NCBI RefSeq assembly: GCF_051097895.1
Contig: NZ_CP142525.1
Coordinates: 840,001 to 872,000 of the forward strand
DNA length: 32,000 bases
From: Psychrobacter sp. HD31
GTDB lineage: Bacteria; Pseudomonadota; Gammaproteobacteria; Pseudomonadales; Moraxellaceae
Reading direction: 5' to 3'
Made by a program: the position numbers and the translations under genes. Below the pieces are notes generated by a model, which did not search any database, had not been told where the DNA came from, and was given only the letters and a program-made list of their open reading frames with translations. Below are positions 10,161 to 19,298 of the stretch, piece by piece; the first letter of the stretch is position 1, and the number at the start of each line of letters is the position of its first letter.

Positions 10161-11813
10161 ATGAAAAAACACACAGCTACCGCTACGACCATGTGGTTAA
10201 TTGATGATGATCCAGCCCTTCGCCTGGTTTTAGAGGATAACTTTGAAAGTGCCGATTTTAATGTCATTAGCTTTGCCCAGGCGCAAGGCGCATGGATGCG
10301 CTTAAATGAAATTAAACAGGGCAAACAACCTGACGATGAACTACCCGATGTGATTTTAACTGACATACGTATGCCAATGATGGATGGACTTAGCTTTAGT
10401 GATTGGGTTAACAAAAACTTTCCTGCCATTCCCGTTGTGATTATGACAGCGCACTCTGACTTAAAAGCCGCAGTCGATAGTTACCAAACCGGCGCTTTTG
10501 AATATTTACCCAAACCCTTTGATCTAGATGAAGCCATTACCATTGTCAATAAAGCAGTGGGCATAAAAGCAATGGCAAATACAAATAAAGATAAGCTCAG
10601 CAATACAAGTGAGCACAACAATAAAGAAAGCGCTAACGAAAATAAAACTGCCTCCCCAAAAAACAACGAACCTAAAGCACGAAAAAAACCCAAACAACAA
10701 AATTTAAACCCAAGTGGTATTATTGGGCAATCTGTTGCCATGCAAAATGTGTTTAGAGCGATTGGTCGACTTGCGCACTCACCGATTACCGTTTTAATCA
10801 CGGGTGAATCTGGTACAGGTAAAGAGTTGGTTGCTCATGCCTTGCATGAAACCTCTCCACGCAACCAAAAACCGCTGATTGCCCTAAACATGGCTGCCAT
10901 ACCACATGATTTAATTGAGTCAGAACTATTTGGACATGAAAAAGGCGCATTTACAGGCGCAACAAACAGTCGGCAAGGTAGGTTTGAACAAGCAAATGGT
11001 GGCACATTGTTTTTGGATGAAATTGGCGACATGCCATTTAGCACGCAAACTCGTCTATTACGTGTGCTTGCTAATGGCGAATTTTTTAGAGTTGGTGGAC
11101 AAAAACCCATTAAAGTGGATGTGCGTATTATTGCCGCAACACACCAAAATTTAGAAGAATTGGTTAAACAAGGAAAGTTTCGAGAAGACTTATTTTATCG
11201 GTTAAACGTTATTCGACTGCCCTTACCTGCTTTAAGAGAAAGAAAAGAAGATATTCCGACCTTAGTAGAGCACTTTTTATCCAAAGCCGCAAAAGAGCTT
11301 GACAGTAAACAAAAACTGATGAGTGATGAAGCCATGCAAGTGATGCGGCAATTTAACTGGCAAGGTAATGTTCGCCAATTAGAAAATGCTTGCCGATGGC
11401 TAACCGTTATGGCCGCTGGCGATACCGTGATGATTGAAGACTTACCACCAGAACTATTAGAATTTATACAGACTCAAACGCCTGATGAGCCACTGATATA
11501 TGAGCAAGAGCAAATGGTAGGCTTAACAAATACTATTTCAAACAAAACGTTAAAACAACCTTTAACGCCCATTAGCAACAACGATTCCTCTAAAAATTGG
11601 GCTATCTATTTGCAGCAATGGGCAAATGCAACATTGCAAGCCGGCAAAAATGAAATTTTAAGCAGTGCGATGCCAACCTTTGAAACCGTCATGATTGACA
11701 CAGCATTAACACATACCAAAGGTAACAAAGGCAAAGCAGCCGAACTACTTGGTTGGGGACGCAACACACTAACCCGAAAAATCCAACAGCTTGGATTAGA
11801 CACAAAATGGTAG
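10161..11813 (+). CDS. ntrC: Sigma-54-dependent nitrogen response regulator NtrC
   Basis: 550-aa ORF. The receiver domain has DDD at aa 15-17 and the phospho-acceptor D in ILTDIRMP. The AAA+ core has Walker A GESGTGKE, the GAFTGA loop (EKGAFTGA) and RVDVRIIAATH. A C-terminal Fis-type HTH is present (KGKAAELLGWGRNTLTRKIQQLG). Two low-complexity inserts account for the extra length. Confidence 0.9.
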   Translation: MKKHTATATTMWLIDDDPALRLVLEDNFESADFNVISFAQAQGAWMRLNEIKQGKQPDDELPDVILTDIRMPMMDGLSFSDWVNKNFPAIPVVIMTAHSDLKAAVDSYQTGAFEYLPKPFDLDEAITIVNKAVGIKAMANTNKDKLSNTSEHNNKESANENKTASPKNNEPKARKKPKQQNLNPSGIIGQSVAMQNVFRAIGRLAHSPITVLITGESGTGKELVAHALHETSPRNQKPLIALNMAAIPHDLIESELFGHEKGAFTGATNSRQGRFEQANGGTLFLDEIGDMPFSTQTRLLRVLANGEFFRVGGQKPIKVDVRIIAATHQNLEELVKQGKFREDLFYRLNVIRLPLPALRERKEDIPTLVEHFLSKAAKELDSKQKLMSDEAMQVMRQFNWQGNVRQLENACRWLTVMAAGDTVMIEDLPPELLEFIQTQTPDEPLIYEQEQMVGLTNTISNKTLKQPLTPISNNDSSKNWAIYLQQWANATLQAGKNEILSSAMPTFETVMIDTALTHTKGNKGKAAELLGWGRNTLTRKIQQLGLDTKW

Positions 11814-12006
11814 CTCTGATATTTTGACACTTACTATCGTAAATAACCTAGGGTTTTACCAACAGATAAGCATTGTTTTAAAAAAACTGACTTTTTATCA
11901 AAAACCTGTTATTTTGAATTGAACAATTTAATTAAAACTAAGACAAAAACGGATTACCCACTAACCGCCCATTTGCAAGGCTTTATTGATTTTCAAGGAT
12001 GTAGAC

Positions 12007-12192
12007 ATGTCAACTAACCCATTTGAACAAAAAGAACTTAGCCTTTTATTAAATGCTGTACAAAGTTATAAAGTACAACAAGAAGAACAGTCCGCCAGTA
12101 GAAAGGCGAAAGGCTGGGACACCTCCGAGCAGTCTAAACGAGTGCAATTATTGGATGAGATAGAAGAAAAAATTTTCACCCTGTTAGATTAA
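12007..12192 (+). CDS. Small acidic hypothetical protein (61 aa from the ATG at 12007; the track ORF begins at an upstream TTG at 11986)
   Basis: AAGGA lies 7 nt upstream of the ATG at 12007, and the gene has its own AT-rich hairpin terminator downstream. The sequence MSTNPFEQKELSLLLNAVQSYKVQQEEQ... looks helical and charged. I recognise no family. Confidence 0.5.
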   Translation: MSTNPFEQKELSLLLNAVQSYKVQQEEQSASRKAKGWDTSEQSKRVQLLDEIEEKIFTLLD

Positions 12193-12213
12193 CCCTTTAA
12201 TAAACAGTCATAT

Positions 12214-12246
12214 AATATCTATTTTTATAAAAATAGATATTTTTTG
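12214..12246 (+). terminator. Putative intrinsic terminator after the small ORF
   Basis: ATATCTATTTTT (12215-12226) pairs with AAAAATAGATAT (12229-12240) and is followed by TTTTT. The stem is AT-rich and therefore weak. Confidence 0.5.
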
Positions 12247-12257
12247 TAAAAAAGTAC

Positions 12258-12285
12258 TTGCCAACAAAATAAAAACCTATATAAT
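12258..12285 (+). promoter_or_regulatory. Sigma-70-type promoter for tRNA-Leu
   Basis: TTGCCA (12258-12263), 16-nt spacer, TATAAT (12280-12285), located about 60 nt upstream of the tRNA 5' end. Confidence 0.6.
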
Positions 12286-12348
12286 ACACATCCACTAAGA
12301 CGCACTAACCAAGTGACAGACAGAAACAATTAATCTGTTAAACAATAT

Positions 12349-12433
<85 letters not shown>

Positions 12434-12461
12434 TCATTTAGTTAGTACGCAACGTTAAATT

Positions 12462-12485
12462 ACCTGCTAAAAAGCAGGTTTTTTT
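12462..12485 (+). terminator. Intrinsic terminator of tRNA-Leu
   Basis: ACCTGCT-AAAA-AGCAGGT hairpin followed by six T residues. Confidence 0.85.
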
Positions 12486-12607
12486 GTGCCTGTAATTCTT
12501 TATTTATTAGCGATACCGTTTATGAGTGACATCGCTACTTATCTACGTCAACCCCTATCTAAAAATCACTATTCAATTAATGTAAACAGACATAAACCGC
12601 AGCCAAT

Positions 12608-12646
12608 AAAAAAAAGCCGACTTGCGTTTTTATTCACAAATCGGCT
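12608..12646 (-). terminator. Possible intrinsic terminator of the lipoprotein gene
   Basis: On the minus strand, AGCCGA ... TCGGCT (6-bp GC-rich stem, ~20-nt loop) is followed by a run of 8 T, about 36 nt after the stop codon. The large loop lowers confidence. Confidence 0.4.
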
Positions 12647-12681
12647 GGTAGATTTTAATAACACTATTTTTAGTACAATTG

Positions 12682-13266
12682 CTATTGTTTTGGTTTTAGC
12701 ATCAGCCAAAGCCCTTCGGTTGTCATCGCTGCTGAATAATCAATGTCATCCAATATCACACTTTGTTTTGCCTCGCCATTTTTTACAAAATCACTTGCTG
12801 TAAGGTTTAAAAGCTCAACAATTTTATCCATTACTTCATTTGTTTTAATGTCAGGGTTAATTGCTTTAGCGGTCATACCCCCCATCATTACTAAGCTGGT
12901 TAAGTCACTTTCTAGATTGTCCGTTTGTGCCAAAGCATAATCCACGGCTCTTAATTCACCATTTTTATCAACAACGCCAAACATGGTCGCATTTTTGCTT
13001 AGTCCAATCGTAAAGCTATCAAATTCATCCCCTTCTTCTAGCTCAACATGATTCCAATCAATGCCATTACCCAATGCCTTTGCCTGTGTAACCAAATTTT
13101 CTCTAAAAACTTCTGGGGTTACACCAAACGTTTTTTCTTGGGCAACCAATTCAACCGTTGTTTGGGTTAAGTCCTCTTTTGTCTCTTCTGTTGCGCTACT
13201 TGCTTTTTTGTCAGAGCAACCAACAATTAACAAGCAAGTTAAACTTAAAATAAAAATGTTTTTCAT
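12682..13266 (-). CDS. Hypothetical lipoprotein
   Basis: 194-aa ORF with a signal peptide and lipobox MKNIFILSLTCLLIVGC|S. The mature part is acidic and soluble. I recognise no family. Confidence 0.75.
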   Translation of the reverse strand: MKNIFILSLTCLLIVGCSDKKASSATEETKEDLTQTTVELVAQEKTFGVTPEVFRENLVTQAKALGNGIDWNHVELEEGDEFDSFTIGLSKNATMFGVVDKNGELRAVDYALAQTDNLESDLTSLVMMGGMTAKAINPDIKTNEVMDKIVELLNLTASDFVKNGEAKQSVILDDIDYSAAMTTEGLWLMLKPKQ

Positions 13267-13415
13267 AACAACCCCTTTATACAGTTGCCTAGTATTTTAA
13301 CATTGTCTAACCCTATAATAAAATCTCAAACCGTTAAGCCGCCATTGCATGATACCCTTTAAAATGGCACTATGATAAGCATCATTAAAAAGACACTGTT
13401 TAAACCGTCTCGCTT

Positions 13416-14336
13416 ATGCCAAATATCAACCCAAAAAGCCTAACAACAGCAAACCTTACGTTACCAAGCAGTATGATAGACTTGCTAATGCAATATTTTG
13501 CAGAACAAACCAGCAAACATGTTGAAATTAACCCAAAGCAACTAGCCTACCGCTGGGTTGGTGGCATTAAAGGTAGCTTGCAGCCGATAGATGCCAATTT
13601 ATTTTTATCGTTAGATGATTTGCTTGGCATTGAAACTCAAAAACAAAAAATTATTTTAAATACACGCCAGTTTTTGGCAGGCTTGCCAGCTAACCATGTT
13701 TTAATGACTGGTTCTAGAGGTACGGGTAAGTCTTCATTAGTACGTGCGTTGCTAAAAGATTTTAATAAAGATGGGCTAAGAGTTATTGAGGTTGCAAGAG
13801 ATGACCTGCACGTATTAGATAAAATCCGTGCGGCGATTAGTAAATTATCTGACAATCGTAATAACAATATCGAAAATAATTGCCGTTATATTATTTATTG
13901 TGATGACTTGGCATTTAATAAACAAGATGAAAACTATCGAACGTTAAAAAGTTTACTAGATGGTGCCTTAGACTCAGAACAAGATAAGCTGCTCGTTTAT
14001 GCTACCAGCAACCGTCGGCACCTACTACCACAAATGATGAAGGACAATTTAGACATCTACAATGGGCAAACCGATGAAGTTAACCCTTTTGAAACCATTG
14101 ATGAAACTGTGTCATTATCCGACCGTTTTGGGCTTTGGCTATCTTTTTATCCAATGAACCAGCAAACCTATTTAGACATTGCAAAACACTATGTATTGGC
14201 AGAAAATATTGAGTGGACAGCAGATACAGAAGCAAGCGCATTACGTCATGCCTCTGAACGTGGTGGACGCTCTGGTCGTATTGCTTATCAATTTAGTAGG
14301 CACTATGTAGGAAAAACCAAACTAGCAAAACTTTAA
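13416..14336 (+). CDS. DUF815-type P-loop ATPase (AAA-like, uncharacterised)
   Basis: 306-aa ORF with Walker A LMTGSRGTGKSSLVRALL and Walker B-like IIYCDDLAF. Size and layout match the DUF815 ATP-binding protein family. Confidence 0.75.
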   Translation: MPNINPKSLTTANLTLPSSMIDLLMQYFAEQTSKHVEINPKQLAYRWVGGIKGSLQPIDANLFLSLDDLLGIETQKQKIILNTRQFLAGLPANHVLMTGSRGTGKSSLVRALLKDFNKDGLRVIEVARDDLHVLDKIRAAISKLSDNRNNNIENNCRYIIYCDDLAFNKQDENYRTLKSLLDGALDSEQDKLLVYATSNRRHLLPQMMKDNLDIYNGQTDEVNPFETIDETVSLSDRFGLWLSFYPMNQQTYLDIAKHYVLAENIEWTADTEASALRHASERGGRSGRIAYQFSRHYVGKTKLAKL

Positions 14337-14427
14337 ATATATTGCCAAACCTAGCGATCGTTAGTTGATGTAGTTAATGACTTATTTTAAGCATCGCTAA
14401 AGCTCATTTGCGTATTAAAAACGCTGT

Positions 14428-15288
14428 TTAATCTAAAGTATATGTTTTAGCCACCGCTGCGACTTGAGCACGCCCAAAACCTGGGTGGGCATTTGCTGAT
14501 AATACCAGTTCAATAGTTACCTCGGGCAAAAAGGGCAATAAAAACGGGCAATCATTTTGATTAATGGCGTGCAAGCCTGACAAGCTAACCTCTGCCATAG
14601 TTGTAATACCCCGCCCACTTTTTACCAAACTTACAATAGCACTGGCACTGCTTGATATGGCTGCTATCTCATAAGCTTTACCCATTTTATTAAATCCATC
14701 AACCGCAGCATGATAAAAATGGCAAGTCTTATCATACAAAACCAATGGGATTTTAGGTTGATTAAATAAAGCTTGGAGAGCTTGTTTATTGCCGTTATAC
14801 CCCCACACGCCCCGATCGTTTTGCAAAAAATAGCCTTCATTTTGCGACTTACTGGTAACAATGGCAACATCAATATCACCGTTATCCATTTGCTTACGTA
14901 AGCCTGCCGAGTTATCACAGCGGATATCAATACTCAAATCTGGGGCAACCTGTTTAATACCCGCTACTACTTTTGGTAAAATCTTATCAACATAATCGTC
15001 TGGGCAACCTAAAATCAAAGGGCGGGAACTATTTTTACGTTGTAGTTGTATTAATGCATCATCATTTAAACTCACCAGTTGACGTGCATAGCCCAGTAAA
15101 AACCGACCATCATCGGTTAGCATCAGTTTACGCCCAGCCTTTACAAACAAAACCTTGCCTGTTTGTTCTTCTAGTTTTTTCATTTGTTGGCTTATGGCAC
15201 TTTGAGTACGGTGTACCTGTAAGGAAGCACGCGTAAAGCTCCCTGTTTCTACAAAAGCAATGTAACTGCGTAAGGCTTCTATATCCAT
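14428..15288 (-). CDS. LysR-family transcriptional regulator
   Basis: 286-aa ORF with the N-terminal wHTH FTRASLQVHRTQSAISQQMKKLEEQTG and a C-terminal substrate-binding-like domain. It is divergent from the GST gene. Confidence 0.9.
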   Translation of the reverse strand: MDIEALRSYIAFVETGSFTRASLQVHRTQSAISQQMKKLEEQTGKVLFVKAGRKLMLTDDGRFLLGYARQLVSLNDDALIQLQRKNSSRPLILGCPDDYVDKILPKVVAGIKQVAPDLSIDIRCDNSAGLRKQMDNGDIDVAIVTSKSQNEGYFLQNDRGVWGYNGNKQALQALFNQPKIPLVLYDKTCHFYHAAVDGFNKMGKAYEIAAISSSASAIVSLVKSGRGITTMAEVSLSGLHAINQNDCPFLLPFLPEVTIELVLSANAHPGFGRAQVAAVAKTYTLD

Positions 15289-15360
15289 GACTATATTACC
15301 AATTGATGACCATTGAATTTTTATTGTACAAGATTATTTCAAAATAACGTATTAGACTTG

Positions 15361-15377
15361 TTAATAGCTACTATTAA
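15361..15377. promoter_or_regulatory. Perfect palindrome TTAATAG-CTA-CTATTAA, a candidate LysR-type operator
   Basis: 7-bp arms with a 3-bp spacer in the LysR/GST divergent intergenic region. A second AT-rich dyad, ATTAGACTTGTTAAT, overlaps at 15351-15365. Confidence 0.4.
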
Positions 15378-15469
15378 TAACTATCGTTGGTTAATACATG
15401 GTTTTTATTTCATAATCAAATTTCATCCACCTTCTTAGCAATTAACATTAAACGAATGGAATTTTAATT

Positions 15470-16153
15470 ATGAACTTATCTAACAAACCGCAGTTAGTTA
15501 TCGGTAATAAAAACTACTCTACTTGGTCATTAAGGGCTTGGCTCGCCCTACACGCATTTGGTATTGAGTTTGAGGAGATTCAAATAGAGTTATTTAGTGA
15601 CTCTGCCAAGCCAATTTTGCAACAGTACAGCCCAACAGGCAAAGTACCAGCATACAAGGATGCCAACAGTATGGTTTGGGACAGCCTTGCAATCGCTGGC
15701 TTTTTAGCCAATAAGTTTAAAGACAAAAACATGTGGGGCAACCACCCTGACATTTGCCATAGTCTAGTGGCAGAAATGCATTCAGGATTTTTAGCTCTAC
15801 GGAACGAAATGCCAATGAACATAAGAGCCAAAAGGCAAATAATGCCTAGTCAAGCCTGTTTAAATGACATTAACAGAGTTGAGCAAATCTTTAACAAGTA
15901 TCGAAAAGAATTTGTAAATGAGGGAGACTATCTTTTGGGGAGTCTTAGCCTGGCTGATGTGTTTTTTGCCCCCCTAGCATTTAGGTTTAAAACTTATAAC
16001 CACTATTCTGATATCCAATTGAATCAAATATCACAAACTTATATCAATACCCTACTTACGCATCCAAGCATGCAATTATGGCAACAACAGGCATTAACAG
16101 AAACATCCGTTATCAAACACGATGAAACCGGCATGGATGTCCAAAATGTCTAA
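15470..16153 (+). CDS. Glutathione S-transferase family protein
   Basis: 227-aa ORF with a thioredoxin-like N-terminal domain, the motif SPTGKVPAY...WDSLAI and an alpha-helical C-terminal domain, typical of bacterial GST-like proteins. Confidence 0.8.
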   Translation: MNLSNKPQLVIGNKNYSTWSLRAWLALHAFGIEFEEIQIELFSDSAKPILQQYSPTGKVPAYKDANSMVWDSLAIAGFLANKFKDKNMWGNHPDICHSLVAEMHSGFLALRNEMPMNIRAKRQIMPSQACLNDINRVEQIFNKYRKEFVNEGDYLLGSLSLADVFFAPLAFRFKTYNHYSDIQLNQISQTYINTLLTHPSMQLWQQQALTETSVIKHDETGMDVQNV

Positions 16154-16257
16154 GTACAAAAATTAAGTGCGGTAAGTTAAAGGAGCTATAAATAAAAGCG
16201 CAGTAAGTCATAACCACATCGCACCAATATCTTTGTTTAACAATATTGTTAGCACAT

Positions 16258-16285
16258 AAAAAAAGCCTGTATAAACAGGCTTTTT
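16258..16285. terminator. Bidirectional intrinsic terminator between the convergent GST gene and ndk
   Basis: A7-GCCTGT-ATAA-ACAGGC-T5: a hairpin flanked by an A-run and a T-run. Confidence 0.85.
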
Positions 16286-16312
16286 AAAACTTAGCTTACT
16301 ACACGCACATAA

Positions 16313-16744
16313 TTAACGAGTACGTGGGCAAATTTCTTCATCTTTAAAGAAGTAAGCAATTTCACGTTCAGCTGATGTTGTTGCATCTGAACCATGCACT
16401 GCATTTTGGTCAATACTGGTTGCAAAGTCACGACGGATAGTACCTTCGGCTGCTTCTTGTGGGTTAGTTGCACCCATAATCTCACGGTGTGCCAGTACTG
16501 CGTTTTCACCTTCTAAAACCGAAACAACAACAGGACCAGATGTCATAAACGCTTTTAAGTCATTGTAAAATGGACGCTCTTTATGCTCTGCGTAAAAACC
16601 ACCAGCTAGCTCATCATCTAAATGTAGCATTTTTGCTGCAACAATTTTTAGGCCTGCTTTTTCAAAACGTGCATAAATTTCGCCAATGTGGTTACCAGCA
16701 ACAGCGTCTGGTTTAATAATTGATAAAGTACGTTCGATAGCCAT
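16313..16744 (-). CDS. ndk: Nucleoside diphosphate kinase
   Basis: 143-aa ORF starting [15 protein letters not shown], with NAVHGSD containing the catalytic His. Confidence 0.96.
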   Translation of the reverse strand: MAIERTLSIIKPDAVAGNHIGEIYARFEKAGLKIVAAKMLHLDDELAGGFYAEHKERPFYNDLKAFMTSGPVVVSVLEGENAVLAHREIMGATNPQEAAEGTIRRDFATSIDQNAVHGSDATTSAEREIAYFFKDEEICPRTR

Positions 16745-16950
16745 AATGGACTCCTGTTTCGATATTACTAATGTTGTATAAAAAAATGTAGCTTTAATGA
16801 GTTTCTATTTACCCAAAAACTAATGCACATTATAATGAAATATAAACTAAATGGTAAGGTTTTATCACTTTTAATTATAAATCAAGCGGTTATTTTGCTC
16901 ATTATGTAATTTTTATTTTTCATTATCATGACAACATTACAAGATTGCCC

Positions 16951-16959
16951 TGCTATAAT
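16951..16959 (+). promoter_or_regulatory. Extended -10 promoter element TGcTATAAT
   Basis: An exact TGnTATAAT about 75 nt upstream of the DUF2233 gene start. No good -35 element, which is consistent with the extended -10 promoter class. Confidence 0.45.
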
Positions 16960-17034
16960 ACTGGTCTTAATAACTCATACACCCAAATTAACTCATTGTA
17001 AAATATAAAATCAAAACACTGTGTTGAGGCAAAT

Positions 17035-17874
17035 TTGAAATACCCACAAAAACACCTAAAAAACTTATTACTTGCCAGCATAAGTACATCCATGGCGACC
17101 TTGCTAACCGCTTGCGGAAATTATGAAGCTACAAACAATGATTTGTTAGCCGCTTGCCAAATCGTCAATGAACCTTTTGCTTATTCTATTTGCCAAGCGG
17201 ACTCTGCAAAGTTGCTTGATGAAAATAGCAAACTTGACCTACAACTTTTTTGGCGGGCAGGTGGTGATAACACTAACCAAAATGCCCAACCCCTTTTTAC
17301 GTTTGAAGCAGCCCAAAACAGCCTAGCTAAAAACGCCACCTTACAATTTGCCACTAACGCTGGTATGTATAATGATGCCTTTGCTCCTATCGGCTACACC
17401 GTTATAAATGGTCAACAAGTTTTGTCATTAAACTTAAATGAGGGTGGTGGCAACTTTCACCTTTTACCAAATGGTGTTTTTTGGTGGGATGAAACAGGCT
17501 ATTATGTTACCGAAAGCCAAACGATGGCTACCAAATTAAAAAATGGTACAAAACCACTTTATGCAACTCAATCTGGACCAATGCTCGTCATTAATGGCAA
17601 AATTCATCCAAAATTTAAGCCAGATAGTACCTCAAAAAAAATACGCAATGGTGTGGGTATTTGTGAACATGAGGGCAAACAAACAATTAAATTTGTAACC
17701 AGTGCCTCCGTTGTTAATTTTTATGAGTTTGCTCACCTTTTTAAAAATGAGTTAAATTGTAAAAATGCTTTATTTTTTGATGGTGGTATCGCCTCTGCAC
17801 TGTATGCGCCAACAATCAATCGTCATGACAAGAAAAACATGGGTGTGATGGTTGGTCTTGTTGAAACTCAATAA
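17035..17874 (+). CDS. Phosphodiester glycosidase family (DUF2233) lipoprotein
   Basis: 279-aa ORF with a TTG start and GAGG 5 nt upstream. Lipobox LLTAC|G. The motifs ATNAGMYN, ATQSGPMLVINGK, RNGVG and LFFDGGIAS resemble the DUF2233 family. Confidence 0.7.
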   Translation: MKYPQKHLKNLLLASISTSMATLLTACGNYEATNNDLLAACQIVNEPFAYSICQADSAKLLDENSKLDLQLFWRAGGDNTNQNAQPLFTFEAAQNSLAKNATLQFATNAGMYNDAFAPIGYTVINGQQVLSLNLNEGGGNFHLLPNGVFWWDETGYYVTESQTMATKLKNGTKPLYATQSGPMLVINGKIHPKFKPDSTSKKIRNGVGICEHEGKQTIKFVTSASVVNFYEFAHLFKNELNCKNALFFDGGIASALYAPTINRHDKKNMGVMVGLVETQ

Positions 17875-17889
17875 CAGCCTAACATGCCA

Positions 17890-17913
17890 TTAAATCACCT
17901 CGTTTAAATCACC
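17890..17913 (+). repeat. 10-bp direct repeat TTAAATCACC x2 (17890-17899, 17904-17913), with a degenerate third copy CGTTTAATCA near 17922
   Basis: Read directly from the sequence, between the DUF2233 stop and the ychF promoter region. Confidence 0.7.
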
Positions 17914-17979
17914 CAGCTTTATCGTTTAATCATAATTGCACAACCAAACATTTATAAACTCTACAAGCTGCAAAAGATT

Positions 17980-17988
17980 TGCTACAAT
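17980..17988 (+). promoter_or_regulatory. Extended -10 promoter element TGcTACAAT for ychF
   Basis: TGnTAnAAT-type element about 60 nt upstream of the ychF ATG. Confidence 0.45.
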
Positions 17989-18047
17989 ACAGCACAAATT
18001 TTTATTCTAATTTTTTGATATTAAACTTTTATTAAGAGAGAACTCCT

Positions 18048-19139
18048 ATGGGCTTTAACTGTGGTATCGTCGGCTTACCAAACGTCGGCAAATCAACCCT
18101 TTTTAACGCATTAACCAAAGCTGGCATTGCGGCAGAAAACTTCCCCTTTTGTACTAAAGACCCAAACACAGGTATCGTACCTGTACCAGACCCAAGGCTA
18201 GATAAACTTGCCGAAATCGTAAAACCAGAACGTGTCTTGCCAACCACCATGGAATTTGTGGATATTGCTGGCTTGGTTGCAGGGGCATCACAAGGTGAAG
18301 GCATGGGCAACCAGTTTTTAGGCAATATCCGAGAAACCGATGCCATCGCCCATGTGGTACGTTGTTTTGACAATGATAACGTTGTACACGTTGATGGCAG
18401 AGTCAGCCCACTAGATGATATTGAAACGATTAACACAGAACTTGCCTTGGCAGATTTAGAGGCGGTAACTCGCGCTATCACCAACCTTGCTAAAAAAGCA
18501 AAAGGTGGCGATAAAGAAGCCAAAGCCATGCTAACGGTTTTTGAAAAACTAGAGCCATTTTTATCAGAGGGCAAACCAGCTCGCCTTGCTGGGATTGATG
18601 AAGAAGAAAAGCACCTTATCAAAAGTTACGGTTTAATCACACTCAAACCAACCATGTACATCGCTAACGTGAATGAAGATGGCTTTGAAAACAACCCTTA
18701 TCTAGATCAAGTACGTGAGCTTGCTAAAGATGAAGAAGCGGTAGTGATTCCACTATGCAACCAAATTGAAGCAGAAATTGCCCAGCTAGATGAAGAAGAC
18801 AAAGCTGAGTTTTTAGAAACTTTAGGCTTTGATGAACCTGGCTTAAACCGTGTTATCCGTGGTGGGTATGAGTTATTAAACATGCAAACTTACTTTACCG
18901 CTGGTGTGAAAGAAGTACGTGCTTGGACAGTAAAAGTGGGTGCTACTGCGCCAGAAGCCGCGGGCGTTATCCATACTGATTTTGAAAAAGGCTTTATCCG
19001 TGCAGAAGTTATCAGCTATGATGACTTTATTGAATATGAAGGTGAGAAAGGCGCCGCTGCTGCTGGTAAGTCTCGCTTAGAAGGCAAAACTTACATCGTG
19101 CAAGATGGCGATGTGATGCACTTTAGGTTTAATGTTTAG
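18048..19139 (+). CDS. ychF: Redox-regulated ribosome-binding ATPase YchF
   Basis: 363-aa ORF with G1 motif [24 protein letters not shown] and a C-terminal TGS-like domain ending [10 protein letters not shown]. Confidence 0.96.
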   Translation: MGFNCGIVGLPNVGKSTLFNALTKAGIAAENFPFCTKDPNTGIVPVPDPRLDKLAEIVKPERVLPTTMEFVDIAGLVAGASQGEGMGNQFLGNIRETDAIAHVVRCFDNDNVVHVDGRVSPLDDIETINTELALADLEAVTRAITNLAKKAKGGDKEAKAMLTVFEKLEPFLSEGKPARLAGIDEEEKHLIKSYGLITLKPTMYIANVNEDGFENNPYLDQVRELAKDEEAVVIPLCNQIEAEIAQLDEEDKAEFLETLGFDEPGLNRVIRGGYELLNMQTYFTAGVKEVRAWTVKVGATAPEAAGVIHTDFEKGFIRAEVISYDDFIEYEGEKGAAAAGKSRLEGKTYIVQDGDVMHFRFNV

Positions 19140-19189
19140 TTTTAAATTATGTGTATGTAATGTAATATGTTTTTAACATGCTAGAATCT

Positions 19190-19218
19190 AAGCTGGGTTG
19201 TTACCCAGCTTATTTTTT
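19190..19218 (+). terminator. Intrinsic terminator of ychF
   Basis: AAGCTGGGT-TGTT-ACCCAGCTT followed by A and six T residues. Confidence 0.88.
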
Positions 19219-19298
19219 ACAATAGTAAAACTTTTATAACATAAAACATTAGTCGTTTTAGATAAAACCACGATTAAAAAAAATTAATATCAATCATC

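Noticed and set aside
11986-12006. Upstream TTG start for the small ORF (the 68-aa version in the track)
   Set aside because: The ATG at 12007 has a properly spaced AAGGA, which lies inside the TTG-extended frame. The TTG itself has no SD.
12486-12803. 105-aa plus-strand ORF starting just after the tRNA-Leu terminator and overlapping the 3' end of the lipoprotein gene
   Set aside because: It has a GTG start with no SD, begins inside the terminator T-run, crosses the probable minus-strand terminator, and overlaps a better-supported gene. The translation has no coherent features.
13365-13381. Sigma-54-like sequence TGGCACTATGATAAGCA upstream of the DUF815 ATPase gene
   Set aside because: GG and GC are separated by 11 nt rather than 10, the -12 element is AAGC rather than TTGC, and there is no enhancer-like dyad nearby.
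16238-16251. 14-bp perfect palindrome TAACAATATTGTTA between the convergent GST gene and ndk
   Set aside because: It is entirely A/T apart from one C/G pair, and it sits immediately next to the strong bidirectional terminator. It is most simply part of the AT-rich terminator flank, and there is no gene nearby for it to regulate.
18032-18622. 196-aa minus-strand ORF fully inside ychF
   Set aside because: It is antisense to a highly conserved gene. Its Ser/Ala/Leu-rich composition is typical of a reverse-frame shadow ORF, and it has no RBS or recognisable motif.
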